A stretch of 64,000 nt of DNA from the human T2T-CHM13v2.0 reference genome, Homo sapiens. Below, piece after piece: positions 1-14,310 of the stretch. The DNA lies in the NCBI RefSeq assembly GCF_009914755.1, contig NC_060927.1. One strand, given 5' to 3'. The position numbers and the translations under genes are program-made. Each line of letters starts with the position of its first letter. The first letter of the stretch is position 1. The notes below the pieces were generated by a model. It was not told the origin of the DNA. It searched no databases and saw nothing but the letters and a program-made list of their open reading frames with translations.

Positions 1-2090
1 TGGTACAACACGTAGACTCGGCAAGATGAAGTGAGGAAAACTCAGCTATCAAAGAGAAAAGTAGCATGGAAATCACCAATGCAACAGCTACATTAAACAA
101 TAAGATAACGATGAAACAGTAAATATGTTTTACTAGAATCACAAAAAAATTTGAAGTGATACAGTGTTTTAGTGCCTCACTCACAAATGTCAAGGTTAGA
201 AGCAGGCTTCAAACCCCACTTTCTCTTGATCATCAAGTTTCTTATTTAAGGTTCTTTTTTTCCAGCAAAATCTCCTGCTGTGCTTGAGAATTTCTTAATT
301 ACATTTTCAAGTTTTCTGCTATCATGGCAGAACACTACATAAAGTAATTATGGAGCTAATAAAAAGAATGAAAAACTTTTTGTATTTTCCCAAAAGTATA
401 CAACAATGCAAAGTTGTAAACACAAACTTAAATGGTTTACTCCACATTTGTCTCAGCAAATTAAAATGCCATCAACCCTTTATGGAGAAAATGTAGATAG
501 CAAAAATAAAACATAGTAAAATGAAGATTTAGAGACTGAATTTCAATCCAAACTCACTGTGAGATTAATTGAAAGCTAAAATTTGAAAAATCTAAGTAAT
601 TTCCAAAATTGATTGGTTTTTTATGATTTAAACTATAGTAAATGTCTGTGGTAAAAAGTTTAGGAAGTGTAGAAAAATATCAAAAAGAATAAATAACACT
701 CAAAAGCCCAATGTTCAAAGTTAGACAAAACTAACATTTGAATATACATTCGTCCAGTCTCTTTCCTAGGCATATAACTGCATTTTTCATATGGAGGAAT
801 CATAATACACCAAATTTTTTATAACCTGCTTTTCTCCTTTAATCACAGGCTGTAAAAATTTCATGTTATTGAACGTTCTTTAACAGCATCATTTCATTGC
901 CTCCAAAGTATTTCAAGAATATACTATAATTTTAATAATTCCCTATTGAACATATAGTTTGTTTACAATTTTCTCTTATTGTACAAAATGCTTTCATAAG
1001 TTTTCTTTTACATGTATCTTTGTTCACAACCATGACTATTTCCTTAGGTTATATTCTTAAAATTAACATTGCTATATTTAACGATATGCAGATTTAAATC
1101 TTTTGCTATACATTGCCAAATTGCTTTCTAAAATGATTGTACCAGTTTATATTTACCCTCCCCTCTTTAACAAGAGAATGTTTATTTCTAGTATTGCTAA
1201 TAACATCGGCTTCTAATTACCATCAGACTGATAAAGAAAATGGTATTCATTTGTGTTTGCATTTTCCAACTACTAGTCATGCTGTTGCTTTATGCTTATT
1301 AGCCATGTAAATTTCTTGTTTTACAACAGTCTATTATATCCATTGTCCATTCTTCTACTGGGCTGCTCAATTTTTTCTTATCATGACAACATCCTAGATT
1401 ATTAAGCCTTTTTAAGATAATATATTACAGATGTTTTATACAGTGTATCACATTTTAATCATCTTTCTGGTGATTTTTACATACAGAAGATTTCTCATTT
1501 CTAAATAGTTAAACCTATTTATTTTTCTTTTATACTATTTGTATGCTAGAAAGGCTTTTCCCACCCCCAAGATCATATAAATACTTACTTATATTCTCTT
1601 CTTTAAGTTCTTTAATGAGTTTCATTTTTTTATATTTGGTCCATAATCCATCTGGAATTTACATTAGCATTAGAAGATTCTAACTTTATTCCTTTCCATA
1701 TACCTAAACACTTGGTCATGTACCTTCTATTTCTGTGGTTTTTCAAATACCTTTTTAAAACACTGGAATGCTTTCTCCAAGCAAAATTATTTTACATGAG
1801 ATGCCATTATATGTAATACAAATATAAATGGAGCTGTGCTATGAACCAGAGGTAGGGAGAGGGGTACAGGGTAGTGATTTTCTGCATTAGCCTGCAACAC
1901 TTCACAGAGCACCATTTGCAAATTATTTATTCTTTCCCCAAAGATTTGAAATATCATTGTCATATTGTATTACCTAACTTGGGTCTGCTCTGATCTTTCT
2001 GTTCTATTCTGGTCATCTGGTCATCTATGCTTTTAGCAGCAGCCTGTTGTTTCAAGTTATAACTTTAAAATATACTTTCAAATCTGCACT

Positions 2091-2093
<3 letters not shown>

Positions 2094-2141
<48 letters not shown>

Positions 2142-2142
2142 A
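2094..2142. repeat. (CA)n microsatellite
   Basis: Near-perfect CA run of about 24 units. Confidence 0.97.
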
Positions 2143-2201
2143 CCACATTGTTTTTCAGATTTTCTTGATTAATTGTGTCCATTTGCTTTACCAATATGAA
2201 C

Positions 2202-2417
2202 TTTTTTTTTTTTCTTGAGATGGAGTTTCATCTTGTTGCCGGGGCTGGAGTGCAATGGCACAATCTCGATCTCGGCTCACTGCAACCTCCACCTCCCGGA
2301 GGTTCAAGCGATTCTCCTGCCTCAGCCTCCTGAGTAGTGGAGATTACAGGTTCTCCCCACTATGCTGGGCTAATTTTTGTATTTTAATAGAGATGAGGTT
2401 TCACCATGTTGGCCAGT
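2202..2417 (-). mobile_element. 5'-truncated AluS (Sp/Sq-like)
   Basis: Poly-T, then antisense right arm and part of left arm. TSD atatgaacttttt at 2194-2206 and 2420-2432. Confidence 0.93.
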
Positions 2418-3844
2418 CCATATGAACTTTTTAATTGCTCTTTTTGCCTTATTCACCCCCAAAGCTACCAATTATATTTCAAGAAGATGACATCAAATTT
2501 ACAAATTGTTGTGGGGTTTGTAGACATCTTAAATTTGAGTATTTTGATCTAAAACTGTAACACTCTTTTCCATATTTCAACTCAGCTTTTCCTTTAAGAA
2601 AATTTACATGAATTTTACACATTTCTTATGATGATTCTAACTAGGTATTTTATATGTGTTGTATTATTGTTATTGGAATAATTATAATACATTTCACATC
2701 TGGTTATTATCAATTTATAAGAAAACTTTGTTTTTGTTATTCTCTTAATGATTTTAAAATTGTTTTTGCTGATTCTTTGAGGTCAGTAGTCAAATCACCA
2801 TCAAAGAGTAATCTGTCTTATGTTTCTGATTTCTTTTTGAAATCTAATTGCATAGGCTAAACATTCCAGAAGAATGTTAAATGATACACATGCTAACGAG
2901 GACTCTTCTTCGGACCTTGATTTCGACAGGGATGCTTGTATCGTATAAAGTTTATATGATACTATTAAGTATCATATAAACAATTTAAAATAAACATTGC
3001 ATAACATATTGATAAGGACTTACTTTTCTACCCTAAGTTTTGTAAAGATCTTTTTTTAAAATAGATGTTGATTTTTTCAAGTTCTTTTTCAGCATCTGGC
3101 TCTTTTTCTCCTTTCAATTATTAACATGATTAATTACACTGATATATTTTCTCATATCAAGTCATCTCTGAATTTCTGGAAGTTATTGGTTAATCATATA
3201 TTGTTCCTTTAATATAATGCTAGATTTGATTTGCTAGTATTTTATTTAAGAATTCTGCATCTGTATTTGTAGGAGAAATTAGCTGACAGCATTAGAGTTT
3301 TGATACTTTGTTAGGTTTTGGTATTAATGTTACATTAGCTTCATAAAATGATTTAGGAAGCTAAATCTAATATCATGATTTTAATAAAGTATATGCTTCC
3401 AGGGTAAATTGCAAACATGGCTCATTATCAGTAAATGATGAACTATTTCATTTACATCAATGAATTCCATAAGATAAAGTTTCCCCAGCAAGGTTAGGCA
3501 GTAAATTGTAGTACAGATGATGGTAAAGACTTTGAGTATAGCCAACACAGGGATTTACAGGTAGATTCTACCATTTAAAAAGAATACTGAATTCTAATAC
3601 TCAAGTTGATACAATTTGCAGGGATAGCATGTTTAGAAGGGTCATAGTGGCATGACCATTTAAAACAGACAAGGTTCACTAAAAGTATCAAAGTGGAAGT
3701 CACTATGAAGCAAAGTAGTAAAATGTACATAAGCAAATTCCATTCAGCAAATATTTATTGAGTACAGTTATTTTACCAAATACTTATATACCTGGTATAC
3801 CAGATACCAGATATTGTCCTAAATGCTGTAAGATATTCCCAAAA

Positions 3845-3990
3845 TCCCACTTGGGATACTTGTTAAAAGCAAGATTCCTGAGACCTGGCCCAGGTTTACT
3901 GAATTTGAATTACAGGAGAGGTATCAAGCTTGTTTGTTTTTAATAAGCATCCAGATCATCCTTACCATCAGGAAAGTTTGGGAAACCCTG
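3845..3990. mobile_element. MER5-family hAT MITE, degenerate
   Basis: 'cttgttaaaagcaagattcctg...tttgggaaaccctg' matches the MER5 body and terminus. Confidence 0.65.
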
Positions 3991-5234
3991 GGTATAGAAG
4001 ATTCAGAAATCAATGGGATATCTCTAGTGGCCTCATCAATTGTTGCACTGAGGAGCACTGGTCCTTGGGACATGCACTGGACATCCAAGATCTAGACTTG
4101 GAACTCAGCCTCCAAATGAGACTGAGGGGACATCCCTAAGCCACAGACAGGTTTGTAGAAGCCCCTGAATTTCTCCCTAGAGGTGCTTAGGGGTGCAATC
4201 TGCTTATTAAGTAGGGGCAAAGGAATTTGTTTTACAAGTTTCTTGCATAGCAAAATCACTCTTTGTATTTGATCGCATGTTTAAGTGGGGTGGCTTTGGG
4301 AGACCGATGGAAATTATAGAGAGACTAAAGCCATTCCAAGCCAACATTTGGCACCCTCACTGCTACAGGAGTTGGGCCTTTCTCTCAAAATACATTTTGA
4401 CCAAAAAAAGCCTGAGTCTTTGTCCTTATTAAAGAAAAGAAAAATGTAAGCCTTCCCCATGGACAGAATTCTGAATGGAAACATGAAGATGCAAGTGAGA
4501 GCAATAGCTTGAGAGGTTCATGGAATTTGATTATTTAGGATGGGGAGAATTTAACATGTGCATGGGTAGAGAGAAAAAGAAAAGTCAGGAGAGCAAAATT
4601 TTGAAGCTGTGAAAATGAGGGAAGGAATTTGGAGTAGAGCAGAGGAATCAGGACAAGAGTCTGGAGGTAACCAGACTCACTGCTAGGAGCCAGGGTAGGA
4701 GGCAGTGAGCAAGACGGAGGAACGTGGGCATATGAGTGTTGTCAAGCTGCCCCTGGCTCTTCTCAGTGTTGGAGCCTTTGCTGACTACTCTGTTTTCTGC
4801 TCATGATGTGAACCAATCCTGACTAAGAGAAGAAAATTATTAACAACCTGAGCCTCCAATCAGGACACCTGGAGCTATTCTCCTGGGCATAGATCTGTTC
4901 TGAAGTGTGCCCAGGGTAGATACTGGATATCAAAATGACCACCAAGCTTCCACCTTCCCTTATTCAGACTGACTAGCCAATCTCGCGTTCATCTCAGCTA
5001 CTGCAAATGAGTAAACAGTTGTTCACATTTTGTCTGCCTTTCCTAGGAAACAATAGATCTGGCCAGGCAAGGGGCTAGAGTTACAGCTCCATCAGATCAG
5101 TATTGTCAATTGCTTTCATGTATTCTGCACCTTAGGGCCAATGAGCTTATGAAGGAGGCAATCAACATCCTCTTGCAGAGATTTCAGCTGCTCTGTCATA
5201 GGGCCACATCCTTGAAAACACCCCTAGAATGGAA

Positions 5235-5422
5235 CAGTGCTTCTCATAGTGCTGTCCTAGGATTAGTAGCATCAGTATCACCTGGGAACTTGTTAAACAT
5301 GCAAATTCTTCAGCCCCATCCCAGACCCACTGAATCAATAATTCTGCAGGTAAGGCCCAGCGATGTGGATATTAACAAAGCCTCCAGGTGATTCTGATGT
5401 GTACTAAATTTTGCAAACCACC
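5235..5422 (+). mobile_element. MER5A hAT MITE
   Basis: 'cagtgcttctca...catcacctgggaacttgttaaacatgcaaattct...ccaggtgattctgatg' matches the MER5A consensus. Confidence 0.9.
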
Positions 5423-5699
5423 ATCCTAACAAAAAGGCCAGTTACTGCCAGGTTCTCCTCTCTCTGGCCCTTCTCAGTAGCATCTTGAGGTAATGGCTTC
5501 TGTGTCTAAGCTAGCTCACTTGCTCCTTCTCACTCAATTTATTCTCACTGGCTCTGTTTTCTCCTCTACTGGCCTCATCCCTTCATCAGCAGGGTCCGAT
5601 GGAAGCCCCTGAATTTGGTGTTTCTGGCCAGATTCCGCCTCCTTCTAAAAATTCACAGCCTCAAACTATTATCTTGATGGTGACTATCAACACCACTTT

Positions 5700-6545
5700 T
5701 CTCATGCCTTTATTTCTTCATCCAAGGACTCTAGTTCCCATACAGTTCTATGTAACCCTGCCTTCCTCCTTTCCCCAACTCCTGACAACACATACACTGG
5801 GCCCTCTGGAATTTATGAACCATCATCAGCAAAATCCCTAAAACCTCAATCTCATCTCCTAATATTTGCTTCACTTTATTGTTGCAATTTAAGGCTCCAG
5901 TTGGGAGTCTCTTAAATGGTGAGCCTCATACCACTGGGCATGAAGTTGGAGTAGGTGTCCCTCATGCTCCTCCTTGCTATTTCCAGCCCATTCTCTCTTC
6001 TCTCCTTCTGAAAACTCCCAACTTTGAATCTCATCACCTTCTAACATCCATTTATTCTTCTTATAATAGTCATTTACCCACCTCCAAATCACTCTTACCC
6101 ACTCCTTGAAGATATTATCTCTGGTTCACAATACTACTATTCTAATTCTTCAGGATTTCCATATTTACACCGGTGATCTTTTCAATAATCTGGTTTCTCA
6201 GCTCCTTGATCTCCTTTCCCCCAGTGATCTTATCATCCCCCCTACCTCAGCACTTACTTCCGTGGTCACATCCTGGATCTTATCATCACCAATAACTCAT
6301 CTCCTCCATGATGACAATTCCAAGCATGTCACTCCCATAGCCGCTTTCCATCTTTCCAGCTCACTTTTAGTCCAATTCCAACAGTGCTTCAACTCCATCA
6401 GAACCTCATCTACCTCATGTTGTCATTTTCTTTCCCAACCGGACTAAGATTTTTATCTTCTATCATTTAAATCACTCCCTTGCACACACCCTCAGTTCTC
6501 TTGTTCCTCTCTCTCTTCAGACTCCAACTGGAGAAAAATGAAACA
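5700..6545 (+). mobile_element. L2 fragment
   Basis: Pyrimidine-rich degenerate L2 body ('ctcagctccttgatctcc', 'ggtcacatcctggatcttatcatcacc'). Confidence 0.65.
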
Positions 6546-6624
6546 CTGTTGAAATCCTCCAGAAAGTGAAGGGTAAAAGTATGTCTTCTGCTGAGATTCT
6601 TAAGGAACAATAAGGCAGCTAACC

Positions 6625-6870
6625 TTGAGTATTTCCTTTGAGCTACACATAGTTAAGAGTGTCTTCCATATATTGACTCAATTAATACTCGTAATCCTAT
6701 GAAGTAGTATTCTGTAATTATTCTATTATTATCTTACTTTACAGATGATATATCTCTCAGAGATAAAGCAACTTGCCCAAGGCCAGACAGGTAGTAAGTG
6801 ACAAATGCAGAGCTTGAAGCCAGGCAATCTACTTCTAGCACTGAGCTCTTAACCACTCCATGATACTGTC
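6625..6870 (-). mobile_element. MIR SINE
   Basis: MIR core: 'tttacagatga...caacttgcccaaggccagacaggtagtaagtg'. Confidence 0.85.
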
Positions 6871-6992
6871 TATGAGAGGATAGATATAGGTAGATGGCAT
6901 GTCAACATGAAAACTGGGGTAAGCCATCAGGGAACTCACTCTGGGTCTTTCCAATTTTTTTACTTGAAGGAAGAAGTGAGAAGGTCTTCGAA

Positions 6993-7278
6993 AGTGCTGA
7001 TCGATAGAAATACAACATGAGCCGCGATGTGAGGCATATTATTAATTTTAAATTTTCTAACAGCCACATTTAAATCACAAAAAGAAACAGGTAAAATTAT
7101 AATTAAGCCAATCCTGTCAAAAATATAATTTCAATATTATATCACATATCAATTTTGAGAATCTTTTACATGTCCTTTATGTCTTAGAAATTCATCATAC
7201 ATTTTAGACTTAGAGTATATCTCCATTTAGACTAGCCATATTTCAAGTGCTCAGTGTCTGCCATACTGGACAGTGCAG
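6993..7278 (+). mobile_element. MER33 hAT MITE
   Basis: 'atagaaatacaacatgagcc...ttttaaattttctaacagccacatt...tagccatatttcaagtgctca...tggacagtgcag'. Confidence 0.85.
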
Positions 7279-9477
7279 TCACTGGTAGGATGAGTGAGAG
7301 TAAACTGATAATATGTATGGAGATTAAGCATTTAAGGAGAAACATAAATTACCTGTTGTTTGGTTTATCTTAGGTAGTTTGAAGGAACAAATAACAGGAC
7401 TGACAAGTAGAAGCCAGATCTATATTGAAATAAGACAATATAAATCTCTATGAGTGTCTATTTATATATGTAATGTATGTATACACTCGCACAAGTATGT
7501 TGGGTGCATGCAGATTCAGCATTCATGATTGGTAAGCCAGAAACTAGCATAATTTGATATCAATAGGATTTAACATCTTCCCCCACAAAGTACTTAAGCT
7601 ACTCAGAATAGAATATAGTCTTCGTTTGGGAATTAATCCCTGGTTGTCTTCTGTCTGTCCATCTCTTCTCTAATTTTCAATCTTGCAGTCCTCATATCCA
7701 GTCTTCTTTCCAGTCTAGTACCTCAGACCCCTTTCAGACCTTCCCCTTTCTCTTCACTCTGTTGAATCTCTCCTCAGATTCAGACACCCATGGGTTAACA
7801 CAGTGATCATAGACTCACTTTGGCCCTGCCCTTGACCTATCCACACCCACACCTTTCCCTCAGCCAGTTTTATTACTAACACGAAACCATGTCCTCCAGA
7901 ATGACACCAGAGATTTTCCCATTAAGTACCTACAGTCAACACGGCATCCTTGTCTTCCTTTAATTCCCCCCTTCATTGAAATGTTGTCATCTCTTTAGTA
8001 GTGAATATTCAGTAAGATCCAGGATCCAGAGGATTGTTTAATTGCCATTTAGGTTAAGAATCACAAAGCAATTTACCTGGCGGCCAGATTGGAAGACAGG
8101 AGTTAGAAAGGGAAAGTAAAATGGCTGAAAAAGTTGTATAGCTATAAATATATTTTTATTTTTAAACTATGAAGCAATATAATAGCTATGAAATTGAATC
8201 TTCTTCCCTAGGGTAAGTAAGTAACAGAGTATCATAGGCCTTGGCAGGCAGAATAACCCCCTTTTCCAAGCTGGAAGATATCATCCTTTGATCAAAAACA
8301 TAAGATCCTTTCATTTTCCCCACTATAGTCAGCGCTTCAATTTCAAAGGCCACTCGCTGTTTCTGATCTGTTATTTATCAGTCAGGCAGACTCAACACAC
8401 ATAGAGAAAGCCACTTTGGTAGAAGCTGCTGCCTCCTTTATCACAAATGCAGACTTAAGGATCTTATCCTGCTAAAACTGTACGGCACAACGAAAAAAGG
8501 CAGAAGCGGGGGCAGAGGAAAACCAACTTCATGATGGGAAGTTCCAGTTTACTGAGAGGAGCAGAGATGTCAAACATAGCTGAAATATGGAAAGTCGCCT
8601 AATGTGGCTGATAAATCCCTTTGTTTCTGAGCCAATGTCACTCCTAATACTGGGATTTCCAAAATAAAAATACCAGGATGCTGTTGGGCAGGTAAAAATA
8701 TGACATTGCAACCAGGAAGGAAGACAAGTTAATATGTTCAATGACCCTAATACATGTCAGGCACGGTGCAGTCTTTTTAAAACACAGCAAACCTCACAAT
8801 CCCCTCAGCATGAAGAAAAGGGGGCTTAGAGAAGTTACACATGGTATACTCTTAAGTGAACTGTCATTCAAATCCCTGCTTCTCCCACCCTGAAGCCGAG
8901 GCTTTTTCTTTCATTTTCATTGTTTGTTTTCACCTCTATCTCCTATAGCACCCTGCCTCCATAGAAACAGGAGGCGTCTTAGGTGTGTGTTGGTCTGTGG
9001 ACTGGTTTAGCCAGAAGGACAAGCCCAACCACACAAACATTTGTTTTCACTTTGTCCTTTCTGTGTACATCATAATTGTGCACCCCTCAAAAAAATGTTA
9101 GGTTAAATAAACACAGGACACATAAAAACATCTCTGCCTCATCCCCACAACATAAATCATAGTTGCCAAATGTTAAATTTGCTGAATTGGTGGCTCACCG
9201 CTCTTAAACTACTAATTTACTCACATGCTTAACTTCAATGGAACCACAGTGTAATGTTCTTCAGGTGATTTTTTTTCAGGGGCACTGATATCACTCAACC
9301 ATATTATTCATGTAACAATTTTATTCAACAAAGGACAATTAGATAAAGGACAAAAAGGCAAAGGACGGTTGGAATGGAAACATTGGAATCAAGTCAAACA
9401 GACTATATACTCCAATAATAAATGTAGTTTCCCCAACTAGTTTTACTTCAGGCTTCTATTACTTCCCCATGTTTCCT

Positions 9478-10403
9478 TGTGTGATATTATGAAATGCATA
9501 TTTGGTCTTCTTCCCCATTTCCTGACTTAAGCATTCAAAATCCTTAGAATTCCCAAGAGATAAGAGTATCTTTTGTTAGCCAGGTGTGGTGACTGCTCGC
9601 CAGCAGTCCCAACTACTCGGGAGGCTGAGGTAGGAGGATCACTTGATCTAGGAGGTCAAGGCTGCAGCGAGCTGTGGTCATGCCACTGTGCTCCAGCCTG
9701 GGCAACAGAGTATCCTGTCTCGGAAAAAAAAAAAAGAAAAATAGTATATTTTGTGTTCTAATGAGATGACTGGTGGTTGGGAGCCCCTAGATTACCTCAG
9801 GATGGGGGCTGGTTGCCAAGGGAACAAACTGTGAGATTGGAGGATTGGAACCTTCAGTCCTACTGCCCTCAGGGGGTTTCCACATTGGCAAGCAAGCACT
9901 CATCCACACGTGAGGAGGGAGGTGCACCCCCAACTCCATAAGGACAGAAGTTTCTGCACTCAGGAACCTTCTAGACCTTGCACTTTTCTCTTTATCTGGC
10001 TATTTGTTTGTATCCTTTAAATTATCCTTTGAAATAAACAGGCAAACATAAGTAAAGTGTTTCCCTGAGTTCTGGGAGCTGCTTTAGCAAATTTATCAAA
10101 CTGGAGGAGGGGCCCTGGAAATCCGAGTTTATAGCCAGTGGGTCAGAAGTTCCTGAAGCCCAGACTTATGACAGGCTCCTAAAGTGAGGGTCAGTCTTGG
10201 GGACCAGGCCCTCAACCTGTGAGACCTGATGCTACCTCCAAGTGGATACTGCCAGAATCGAATTGAATTAGAAGACACCCAGCTGGTGTCTGCTGCAGAA
10301 CTGATTACTTGCTTGGTATGTGTGGAAAAGCCCCACACATCTGGTCACAGAAGTGTTCTGTGTTGTAAGAGTATAGTAGAAGGAAAAAACAGGTTTTTTT
10401 TAC
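9478..10403 (+). mobile_element. MER21-family solo LTR, interrupted by an Alu monomer
   Basis: Starts 'tgtgatattatg...tatttggtcttc'. Contains the MER21 3' motif 'gaatcgaattgaattagaagacacccagctggtgtc'. Confidence 0.85.
9576..9741 (+). mobile_element. Alu right monomer (FRAM or truncated AluJ)
   Basis: Right-arm sequence with J-type 'gaggtcaaggctgcag' and A tail. Degenerate TSD agtatcttttgt / agtatattttgt. Confidence 0.9.
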
Positions 10404-10655
10404 GCATTACTTGCATGAATTTTTTGTGAATGAACTTACTTTACTGGGTTTTTTAATTTTAAAATTATTTATAATTTTATAATTATATATAATAAAATTA
10501 ATTATAAAAATAGCACATACTGTGGAAATATATACTCACTAGATTCTCTGGGTCATGTTTGGTGTGGATTCTTTCACACCTTTTTTCCATACAAACATTT
10601 ATAATTATACAGAAAGGTTTTCCTCCTTTTTATAAAAAATACTATATACTATTCA

Positions 10656-10975
<320 letters not shown>

Positions 10976-12180
10976 ATTACCATACACTATTCAATAATTT
11001 GTATTTTTTTCATTCAGAATATATCATGCACACCCCTCCAGATCAATACATTTAGGTTGACTTATATTCTAAGTAGTTATATCATTTTCCATTATAACTA
11101 TATCAAAATATATTTATTTCTCTAGAGATGAACATTTTGGATATTTTCAAGTTTTTGGTAGATGCTTTACTATAATATATACTATTACAACAACTTTCTT
11201 GTACACATATTCTTATGTACAGGTAATTGGGGCTACAGCTTATTGTGATATAGCCCTCAAGACAGAGTAATTAACTCAGGGACTATGCACATTTCTTATT
11301 AACAATATTGTTGTTGTTGTTGTTGTTGTTATTATTATTTAGAGATTGTCTTACTTCATCACCCAGGCTGGGGTGCAGTGGTATGATCACAGCTCACTAT
11401 AGCCCTGAACTCCTGGGCTCAAGTGATCCTCCCACCTCAGCCTCCCAAGTAGCTAGGACTACAGACGTGCACCAACAAGCCCAGCTAATATTTGTTTTCT
11501 TTTTTAGCAGAGACAGGGTCTTGCTACGTTGCCCAGGCTTAACAATATTATTGAGACACAGACCTTAAGTGTACAATTTAATCAGTTTTAATGTATGCCC
11601 ACACAACTGACTGATACCCATATCAAGATATGGAACATTTCCACCATCCAGAAAGTTCTCTCATGCCTCTTTCTAGTCATACAAGTCCCCAAACTGTAGA
11701 TCATCCACAGATCTAATTTTGTGTGCTTTATGATTTCCTACAAACAAATTATAAAGTTTGCATCTTTTGGTGTTTGGCTTCTTTTGTTCAGTATAATAGC
11801 AGTAGTTTATCCATTGTATTGTACAGATATACCACAATATTCATTTCTTTTAAACTGTATGAATATTCCACAATATATTCAAATATGCTTCTAGTGATGA
11901 ACATTCAAATTGTTTCTGGTATGTTTTATCACAATAAAAATGTTACGAGAAACTTCCTTGCACTTATGTTCTTAGGTACTAGTACTTATTTCATCACAGG
12001 ATATAGTCCCTTAAACAGCATTTTTTAATTTTTAAAATTTTTAATTTTTTAAGATACTGCCAGTTGCCTTCTCATTAGGTGACAGCAATTCATACTCCCA
12101 TCAGCCGATTTCCCCACACTTTAATCGATCTGAAGAAACTCTTTGGATATCAGGGGTATTAACTCCTAAATGTTAAACAC
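10976..12180 (-). mobile_element. Old L1M 3' fragments, antisense
   Basis: 'atcaagatatggaacatttccaccatccagaaagttctctcatgcc', 'gatgaacatt', 'tactgccagttgcc'. Interrupted by AluJ. Confidence 0.65.
11310..11538 (-). mobile_element. 5'-truncated AluJ with (TTG)n/(TTA)n tail
   Basis: J-diagnostic 'ctcctgggctcaagtgatcctcc'. TSD ttaacaatatt at 11299-11309 and 11539-11549. Confidence 0.93.
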
Positions 12181-12659
12181 TCATTCATGGGAACAGTCAC
12201 CTATCAAAATATTTAAAATACATGTATTGAGCTGAAACTTTATGTGGACTACTTTGCTGGGCAATGGTGATAAAAAGTTAAATAAGGCCTGATCCTCATC
12301 CTCAAGTGGCTTACAAATCAGATAAGAAAAGCAATATGATTAGCAAGGATGAAGGTTTTCATGTGATGCAACAGGAAAGGAGATTTAAGAAAATCATATT
12401 GCAAGGTCTGGGAAAGTATGTCTGGGCAAGTGGTTATAAGCGCTACTTTTGAAAAAGTAAGAGAACTTGATGAAGAAAGAAGAAAGTATCCTAGGCAGAC
12501 AAGTGACTGGGAGAAGCCATCTAGGTATTAAAAAACCCAAATGTCCAGATTACAGGAGACCACAGGGACATGACAATTACATAGAAGGGGTGATCCCTGA
12601 GTGATGTGTGTGTGTGCACACACACAAATCACTATAAAAATTAATGAAACTTGAATAAG

Positions 12660-12995
12660 GTCTATAAAGTAGGTAATACTGTTTTAAGAATGTTACATTT
12701 CTTGATTTTGATAACTTCCGTGTGTTTGTATAATATAACTGAATGCTTTTGTTCTTGGGAAATACACACTGAAGAATTTAGAAATACAGGGACATAATGT
12801 CTACAACTTACTCTCAAATGGCTCAGAAAACAAATACTAGAGAGATGATGATTGATTAAATAGATAGATAGAATGATAAAACAGATGTGGTAAAATGTTA
12901 ACAATTGGTGAATCTAGGTGAAAAGTATATGAGGGTTTTTGATAGCAATCTTGCAATTTTTCTGTAAGTTTAAAATTAGTTCAAAATAAAGGTGT
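12660..12995 (+). mobile_element. L1MC/ME 3' end
   Basis: 'gaaatacacactgaag...atgtctacaacttactctcaaatggctcagaaaa...tggtgaatctaggtgaa...tcttgcaattttctgtaagttt'. Confidence 0.75.
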
Positions 12996-13293
12996 TTTGT
13001 ATTAATACTCAAAACGTAATAATGCCTTCAGTGACCTTAGGTGGTTCTATCTGACTAAAGTGAATCATATAAGATGGAAAGTGGTGAGCTCTGCAGACAG
13101 AGAGGCAAGCAAAGGCAAATTCCTGAAGGGCCTTGTTCTAAGCTGAGAAATGTGAACTTCATCCTGAAAGCCAAGTGGAGTGAAGGAATGAAATCCAATT
13201 TGCGCTTTTAGAAAGATACCTTTAGTAGCCTTGTGGGACCAAATGAGAGGCAAGAAGCCGGGTAGGAGGCTGCCACTATAATTCAGACAAGTG

Positions 13294-13861
<568 letters not shown>

Positions 13862-14310
13862 ATAATTCAGACAAGTGAAAGCCTCACCAAGGCAATGGCT
13901 GTGAGGATAGAGACAAGGGGACAATGTCCAAATATATTAAGATTCTGCATAACCTAGAAGTGAAGGATGTGGGATGATTCTGAGTTGGGAACTGGTTAAG
14001 TGCTGGTGCAAGTTACCAAAATAAAAAATACAGACAAAGAAGGGAGCTCAGGAAGAAAGATGATGGGTTCTGGGTTTACTACATGGAATTTGAAGGACAC
14101 GTAGAAAATTCAAGGGGAGGCCTCTAGAGCTTAGCAATGGAATCTGAATAGGAGATACTAACTCTAACATCATCTGCAGGTAGGTGATTTGGGCTGTGAT
14201 AAAGGACCGGTTCTTAGGGCTTTTTGCCTATTTCGCCACTACCAAAGTAACATTTTCTGAGGACACCTGACTTTTAAAAGGAGGCTAAGAATAAAAAGTT
14301 GTTATCTGAC

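Larger units (their letters stand above)
640..3365 (-). mobile_element. Old L1 (L1M/L1ME-type) fragments, antisense
   Basis: Degenerate antisense L1 motifs: 'ttgccaaattgctttc', 'tgtaccagtttat', 'gctagatttgatttgctagtattttattt', 'tagcttcataaaatga'. Interrupted by a (CA)n tract and an Alu. Boundaries approximate. Confidence 0.65.

Noticed and set aside
20-30. 'ggcaagatg' resembling the miR-31 5' end
   Set aside because: Only 9 nt match and no matching precursor hairpin is visible.
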